Of a DNA stretch of 64,000 bases, positions 59,255 to 64,000 are shown piece after piece. A program made the position numbers and the translations under genes. The notes beneath the pieces were generated by a model that was not told the origin of the DNA, did not search any database, and was given only the letters and a program-made list of their open reading frames with translations. Source of the stretch: Candidatus Humimicrobiia bacterium (GTDB taxonomy: Bacteria > Actinomycetota > Humimicrobiia > JAHJRV01); NCBI GenBank assembly GCA_049647085.1, contig JBARXA010000006.1, positions 2,670-66,669 on the forward strand, written 5' to 3'. Position 1 is the stretch's first letter, and each line of letters opens with the position of its first letter.

Positions 59255-60178
59255 ATGAATGAAAACAAATCAAATTTTACCAATTTTTCAAAATTGAAAT
59301 TTGTGATAACAATTACAATTTTAGTAGTAGTCTGGGCTTTTGCTTTTCTATTTATAAAAATTGGTTTAGAAGAACTTTCATTTGTTAATCTTACAATAAT
59401 GAGATTTCTTATTGCATGCCTTGTTTTGATTTTAATTCTTTTTTTTCAAAAAAAAAGATTTTCAAAACTACATAAAAAAGATATAGTTCCAATATTTCTT
59501 TTAGGGTTCTTTGGAGTAATAGTCTATCATCTTGGACTAAACTACGGAGAACAATTCATTTCACCCGCTGCAGCAAGTTTAATAATCGCAACAGTTCCAG
59601 TTGAGATCATAATATTATCAACAATATTTCTTAAAGAAAAAATAGGGCTTAAAAAATTGATAGGGGTTATTATTGCATTATGCGGTGTAGTTGTAATTTC
59701 AATTTGGGGAAAAGCAGGTGCTTCTATTCATATTGAATATATTTCTGCAGTTCTAGCAGTATTAATTGCAGCAATAATGTCAGCATTATACACAATAGCG
59801 GGTAAAAAACTTCTAACTCGATATTCTGCATTATCATTGACAACTTACGCAATGCTTTTGGGAAGCCTTGGATTAACCCCATTTATTAGAGGTTCACTTT
59901 TGGATCAAATTTTAAAAATGTCGATGACTGGATGGTTCGCAGTTATATTCCTTGGCGTTTTCTCAACTGTTGTAGGATATGGATTATGGTATATTGTTTT
60001 GAAAATAAAAAGTGCAAGTGAAATTAGCATTTATCTTTATGCAATCCCAGTTTTATCAACAATTATCAGTTATTTCATGTTTAAAGAAAAAATTACCTTG
60101 ATGTTTATTTTAGGTGGTTTTCTCGTTATAGCAGGATTGATTATAGTAAATATAAGAGCAAAAATTAATTTTAAATAA
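59255..60178 (+). CDS. DMT-superfamily (EamA) transporter
   Basis: 307 aa, 10 TM, two EamA-like halves. Confidence 0.75.
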   Translation: MNENKSNFTNFSKLKFVITITILVVVWAFAFLFIKIGLEELSFVNLTIMRFLIACLVLILILFFQKKRFSKLHKKDIVPIFLLGFFGVIVYHLGLNYGEQFISPAAASLIIATVPVEIIILSTIFLKEKIGLKKLIGVIIALCGVVVISIWGKAGASIHIEYISAVLAVLIAAIMSALYTIAGKKLLTRYSALSLTTYAMLLGSLGLTPFIRGSLLDQILKMSMTGWFAVIFLGVFSTVVGYGLWYIVLKIKSASEISIYLYAIPVLSTIISYFMFKEKITLMFILGGFLVIAGLIIVNIRAKINFK

Positions 60179-60207
60179 TAATTAAAATTTTTTAGAAAAA
60201 TTTAGGG

Positions 60208-60993
60208 ATGATTTTTAAAGATAGAACAGAAGCAGGAAAGATTTTAGCCAAGAAACTCTTTCAAACTTTAAATATTCTTAGGGAAGAGAAAGCAATTAAA
60301 CCTAAAGAAGTATTTACAAAAAGGAAGAAAAAAGTAGTAAAACACATTTTAGAAGAAAAGGTAAAAGAAGAAACTGAAGAGGAATTAGAAAATAGGTTAG
60401 GGAAAGAAGAAGAAGCAGAGAAGATTAGAAAAAGTATAATTGTTTTAGCAATACCTAATGGGGGAGTAGCTGTTGGACATGAGGTTTCAAAATCATTAAA
60501 TATAGATTTTGATGTCATTGTTTGTAGAAAAGTTCAGATTCCATGGAATCCTGAAGCTGGATATGGATCAGTAGCACCGGATGGAAGTTGTTTTTTAAAT
60601 AAAAAATTGGTTTTAGCATTGGGACTTTCAGATAGAATTATCAAGCAAAATATCCAAAAAACAATGGATCAAATTAAAAAGAGGATAGAGAAATATCGAG
60701 GTAAAAAACCATTTCCTGAATTAAAAGAAAAAATTGTAATTTTAGTTGATGACGGTCTTGCAAGTGGATTTACAATGTTGGCATCAATTGAATTTGTTAA
60801 AAAAAAGAAACCCAAGAAAATTATAGTTGCAGTTCCCACTGCATCAGGAAGTGCTTATCAATTAGTAAAATCTGAAATAGATAAACTTATAGCTCTTGAT
60901 GTAAGGTATGCATATCCATTCGCTGTGGCTGATGCTTATGAAAACTGGTATGATGTTTCAGATGAAGAAGTTTTAAAATATTTAAAAAAGTAA
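60208..60993 (+). CDS. type-I phosphoribosyltransferase-domain protein
   Basis: N-terminus MIFKDRTEAGKILAKKL. PRPP-binding VILVDDGLASGFTM. KE-rich insert. Confidence 0.6.
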   Translation: MIFKDRTEAGKILAKKLFQTLNILREEKAIKPKEVFTKRKKKVVKHILEEKVKEETEEELENRLGKEEEAEKIRKSIIVLAIPNGGVAVGHEVSKSLNIDFDVIVCRKVQIPWNPEAGYGSVAPDGSCFLNKKLVLALGLSDRIIKQNIQKTMDQIKKRIEKYRGKKPFPELKEKIVILVDDGLASGFTMLASIEFVKKKKPKKIIVAVPTASGSAYQLVKSEIDKLIALDVRYAYPFAVADAYENWYDVSDEEVLKYLKK

Positions 60994-61039
60994 TCAAATT
61001 TTAAAAATGGCTTTATTAAGTAGACTTCTTATAATTTAG

Positions 61040-61412
61040 TTATATTAATAATCTTACAGCATCGGTAATAAATTTAATGCTGAAAAATAATAGAAACAAA
61101 CCACATATTGTAAAAATAATCTTTTGGAATCTTCTTCCAAAGAATTTTCCACCCCTAAATGAAAGAAATAATCCTCCAATAATACCAATTAATGCTTTTA
61201 TATAAATTAGATTTAATAAATATCCAAAGCCATAGAATAAAGCTATCATAAGCGGAAACTCTACTACTCCGTGACCTATAGCAATTAATGCCCCAGCATG
61301 AGGAGATTCATTACCTTTTCCTATTGATAGATACAGCTGTGATGGGACCAGGTGCCATAACACCAGACAAAGAAATGAGTACTGCCTCAAAAATAAATGT
61401 TAAAAGATTCAT
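61040..61412 (-). pseudogene. degraded LysE-family paralog (frameshift plus internal deletion)
   Basis: ATG at 61412 gives MNLLTFIFEAVLISLSGVMAPGPITAVSINRKR*. A 116-aa ORF in another frame continues LSIGKGNESPHAGALIAIGHG.... Compared with 1083-1703 about 85 aa are missing between GGLFL and SFRGG. Confidence 0.55.
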
Positions 61413-61605
61413 ATTCCTTGTTTTTTTTATTATTATTAATTATTATTAGAATTACACCCTCTTAGGACTGAACCCCTATCATTAAACACATTGTATACTA
61501 AAATCAATTTTAGATATAATTGTTAAAAATTTAGCTATTGAAATACTTCTTTTGTATACAATTTTTAATTAACATATTAAATTATTTGGAAATGAGGTTT
61601 TGACT

Positions 61606-62328
61606 ATGAAAATAACTGTGTTTAATGGAAGCCCTCGTGGCAAAAGGGGTAACACCCATATTATGGTTAAAGAATTTTCGAAAGGAGTAAAAGAGGCTGG
61701 TGGTGTAATTGAGAATATATTTCTTATAAAAAAAGAAATAAAACCATGCTTGGGTTGTTTTGATTGTTGGTTTAAAAGACCAGGTAAATGCATTATAGAA
61801 GATGATATGGATGAATTATTGTCAAAATTTTTATCGTCGGATATTGTTGTTTTTGCAACTCCTATTTATATAGATAATTTAACTGGAATTATGAAAAACT
61901 TCATGGATAGGCTAATTTCTATTATAGATCCTCATTTTGAGAGGGATGAAACTGGTGAGTGTAGACATACAAAAAGATTTAAAAAATACCCTAAATTTGT
62001 TGTGATTTCAAACTGTGGATATCCTGAACAGAGCCATTTTCAAGTTTTAAATATGTTATTTAAAAGAGCTGCTAGAAACATGCATTCTGAAGTTATTGCT
62101 GAAATATATAGAGGAGGTGGCTGGCTTCTTAAAACATCCTTATTAACAGAATCGTTTATACTAAAGTATAAGAAATTATTAAGAGAAGCAGGGAAGGAAA
62201 TAGTTAAAAATTTAAGTCTTTCAAAAAAGACAATATCTGAATTAAAAAAACCTATTATTTCAGTTGATGATTTTATAGAATTTGCAAATAAAAATTGTGA
62301 CAAATTATTATCAAGAATTAAAATATAA
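61606..62328 (+). CDS. NADPH-dependent FMN reductase / iron-sulfur flavoprotein-like (flavodoxin fold)
   Basis: MKITVFNGSPRGKRGNT...PCLGCFDCW. Confidence 0.6.
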   Translation: MKITVFNGSPRGKRGNTHIMVKEFSKGVKEAGGVIENIFLIKKEIKPCLGCFDCWFKRPGKCIIEDDMDELLSKFLSSDIVVFATPIYIDNLTGIMKNFMDRLISIIDPHFERDETGECRHTKRFKKYPKFVVISNCGYPEQSHFQVLNMLFKRAARNMHSEVIAEIYRGGGWLLKTSLLTESFILKYKKLLREAGKEIVKNLSLSKKTISELKKPIISVDDFIEFANKNCDKLLSRIKI

Positions 62329-62534
62329 TCAAGAAAATATATCTAATTGATTGATTTTTCATGGTTTAAATTAAATATAATAAAGAGGAATAGTATGAAA
62401 AAGCAAGATTGGTGGGAGATTTTTTTTGATAAGGACATGTGTGAAATTTTATTTGGTGGCACAGATGAGATGATGAAAAGAAGAAGAGAAAATTTCAACA
62501 TTAATAGCAATACATATTGGAAGGAGGAAAAATC

Positions 62535-63236
62535 ATGGTCAAGCATATTGGAATAGTTGCATGTAGTGCAGAGGGAGCAGCGCTCTGTTATAAAACAATC
62601 TGCATAGAAGGTGAAAACTTTATGGGAAGATATGGTCATCCAGAGGTTACTATGCACACCCACTCACTTAGTGAGTATATAAGATATATAGAAACTGGGG
62701 ATTGGGAGAGTATTGCTAATTTAATGTTATCCTCAGTGAATAAGTTAACAAAGATTGGAGTAGATTTTGCAATATGTCCTGATAACACAATCCATCAAGC
62801 ATTTGACTTAGTTATTAAGAAATCACCAATTCCATGGATTCATATTGCAGATTCAGTTATTGATGAAGCAAAAAACAAGAATTATAAGTGCCTTGGTGTT
62901 TTAGGAACACGATTTTTAATGGAAGGTTCTGTTTATTCAACTAAATTTGCTACTGCTGGTATTGATTACAAGACACCCAAAATGAAGGACAAAAACAAAA
63001 TCAATAACATTATTTTTAACGAGTTAGTTTATGGTAATTTTGTAGCAGATTCTCGCAATTATTTTAAAAAGGTTATTGATAAGTTGAAAAATGAGGGATG
63101 CGATGCTGTTGTTCTTGGTTGTACAGAAATACCATTATTAATAAACAAAAAAGACTCTTCGTTACCAACATTAGATTCTACAAGACTTTTAGCAAGGGCT
63201 GCATTGAGAAGAGCAATAAGTACAACATCATATTAA
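62535..63236 (+). CDS. Asp/Glu racemase-family protein (aspartate racemase-like)
   Basis: HIGIVACSAEGAALCY; GVLGTRFLMEG; VLGCTEIPLL with two catalytic Cys. Confidence 0.7.
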   Translation: MVKHIGIVACSAEGAALCYKTICIEGENFMGRYGHPEVTMHTHSLSEYIRYIETGDWESIANLMLSSVNKLTKIGVDFAICPDNTIHQAFDLVIKKSPIPWIHIADSVIDEAKNKNYKCLGVLGTRFLMEGSVYSTKFATAGIDYKTPKMKDKNKINNIIFNELVYGNFVADSRNYFKKVIDKLKNEGCDAVVLGCTEIPLLINKKDSSLPTLDSTRLLARAALRRAISTTSY

Positions 63237-63373
63237 GAGAAATTACATTACTTAAAACCATTTTTCACTATTAATTATTCAACTAATAACTTTAATAATT
63301 TTAAATACATTGAAAACTATATTAAATATTAAATCTACAATGAGTATAATAATTAAATATGTTAGTTTAAAGA

Positions 63374-64000
63374 GTAGCAATATGTTCCAGCAAACAGTAA
63401 ATAAGAAATGGAAAACATCACAATTTCTGATTATTTGGTTATTGATTTTTTTGCTACCTTTGTTAATCATCAATTGTAAGGGCTTAAAGGAATCGAATAA
63501 GAGTGTAGCAGAAATTGAAGAAATTCCTACTATAGCTATCTATTCTGACAAAGGTACATGGGAGGACTCTGTCAAAGCTACTAAAAAAATGTTTCAATGG
63601 ATGGGTTATGAATCTAAATTAATAAATGCAGATTCTATTAATAAGAAGGAGCTTGATAATTTCAAAATTCTTTGCATTCCTGGTGGTGACATGTACCAAT
63701 ATGCTCAGGATATTTCTTCAAAAGGTAAGAACCATATAAGAAATTTTATTAGAAATGGTGGAGGTTACTTAGGGATTTGCGGTGGAGCTTACTTTGCAAG
63801 TGAAGAAGTTATATGGCAAGGACAAAAACTTCCTATGAAACCGTTAGGATTATTTTCTGGTACAGCCGAAGGTCCTATAGATGAAATTGTTAATTATCCT
63901 GATTATACTATGTGTAAAGTAAATATTATGGATTCAATACATCCAGTAACTATATCTGAACCAGATTCTATATCAGTGCTTTATTACTGGGGACCAATGT
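63374..64000 (+). CDS. BPL_N / class-I glutamine-amidotransferase-like domain protein with N-terminal TM; 3' end outside the window
   Basis: ILCIPGGDMYQY...GGGYLGICGGAYFAS pattern. The frame is open to the window end. Confidence 0.45.

Noticed and set aside
1-64000. rRNA, prophage, conjugative or plasmid backbone genes
   Set aside because: None recognised. No integrase, relaxase, terminase or capsid genes. Only one transposase remnant (6795-7043).

Overview
This window is a low-GC (about 30% by eye) bacterial chromosome segment. It is bacterial because dnaX, recR and ybaB are present and genes carry Shine-Dalgarno sites. It looks like an anaerobe: a pyruvate/2-oxoacid:ferredoxin oxidoreductase (porG, then 7 kb later porDAB), many Fe-S proteins and radical SAM enzymes.

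Housekeeping content: an S9 peptidase 3' end, a LysE exporter, an ABC-2 exporter set (HlyD adaptor, ATPase, two permeases), tRNA-Ser(GGA), dnaX, recR, asd, pfkA, an aspartate racemase and a phosphoribosyltransferase.

Accessory content is dense. There are four toxin-antitoxin or abortive-infection modules: an RHH/PIN pair, HepT paired with an RHH-fused MNT, AbiEi/AbiEii, and a Fic protein. There are two secreted protease-inhibitor lipoproteins (a serpin and a chagasin-family protein) and a membrane-anchored thermonuclease. A divergent RtcB-like RNA ligase sits behind a HEAT-repeat gene and a terminator-ended leader RNA. Two thiolase-fold proteins that lack the thiolase Cys and His are paired with two DUF35 proteins. 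A Fur-headed cluster of DUF5320, two NifX-like proteins, a Gly-rich Zn-ribbon protein and two MinD-like Fe-S ATPases, plus an opposite-strand Nbp35 and radical SAM enzyme, lies between porG and porDAB.

Three dispersed repeat families structure the region. The first is a REP-like palindrome placed just after gene 3' ends. The second is a CRISPR-repeat-like 35-37 nt unit. The third is a set of G-rich hairpins. Between 22 and 33 kb the second and third families, all in one orientation, separate single-gene or two-gene cassettes. Several of these cassettes are strongly GC-enriched (pfkA is about 50% GC). One cassette boundary truncates an MBL-fold gene.

Three apparent in-frame stops are notable. 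An AKR gene has ATG-TAA, a DUF3795 gene has ATG-AAG-TAA, and a GNAT gene is split by TGA. Gene remnants include an IS630 transposase N-terminus, an alpha/beta-hydrolase C-terminus, a frameshifted LysE paralog and a truncated DUF3795 paralog.

No rRNA, prophage or bona fide CRISPR array was seen.
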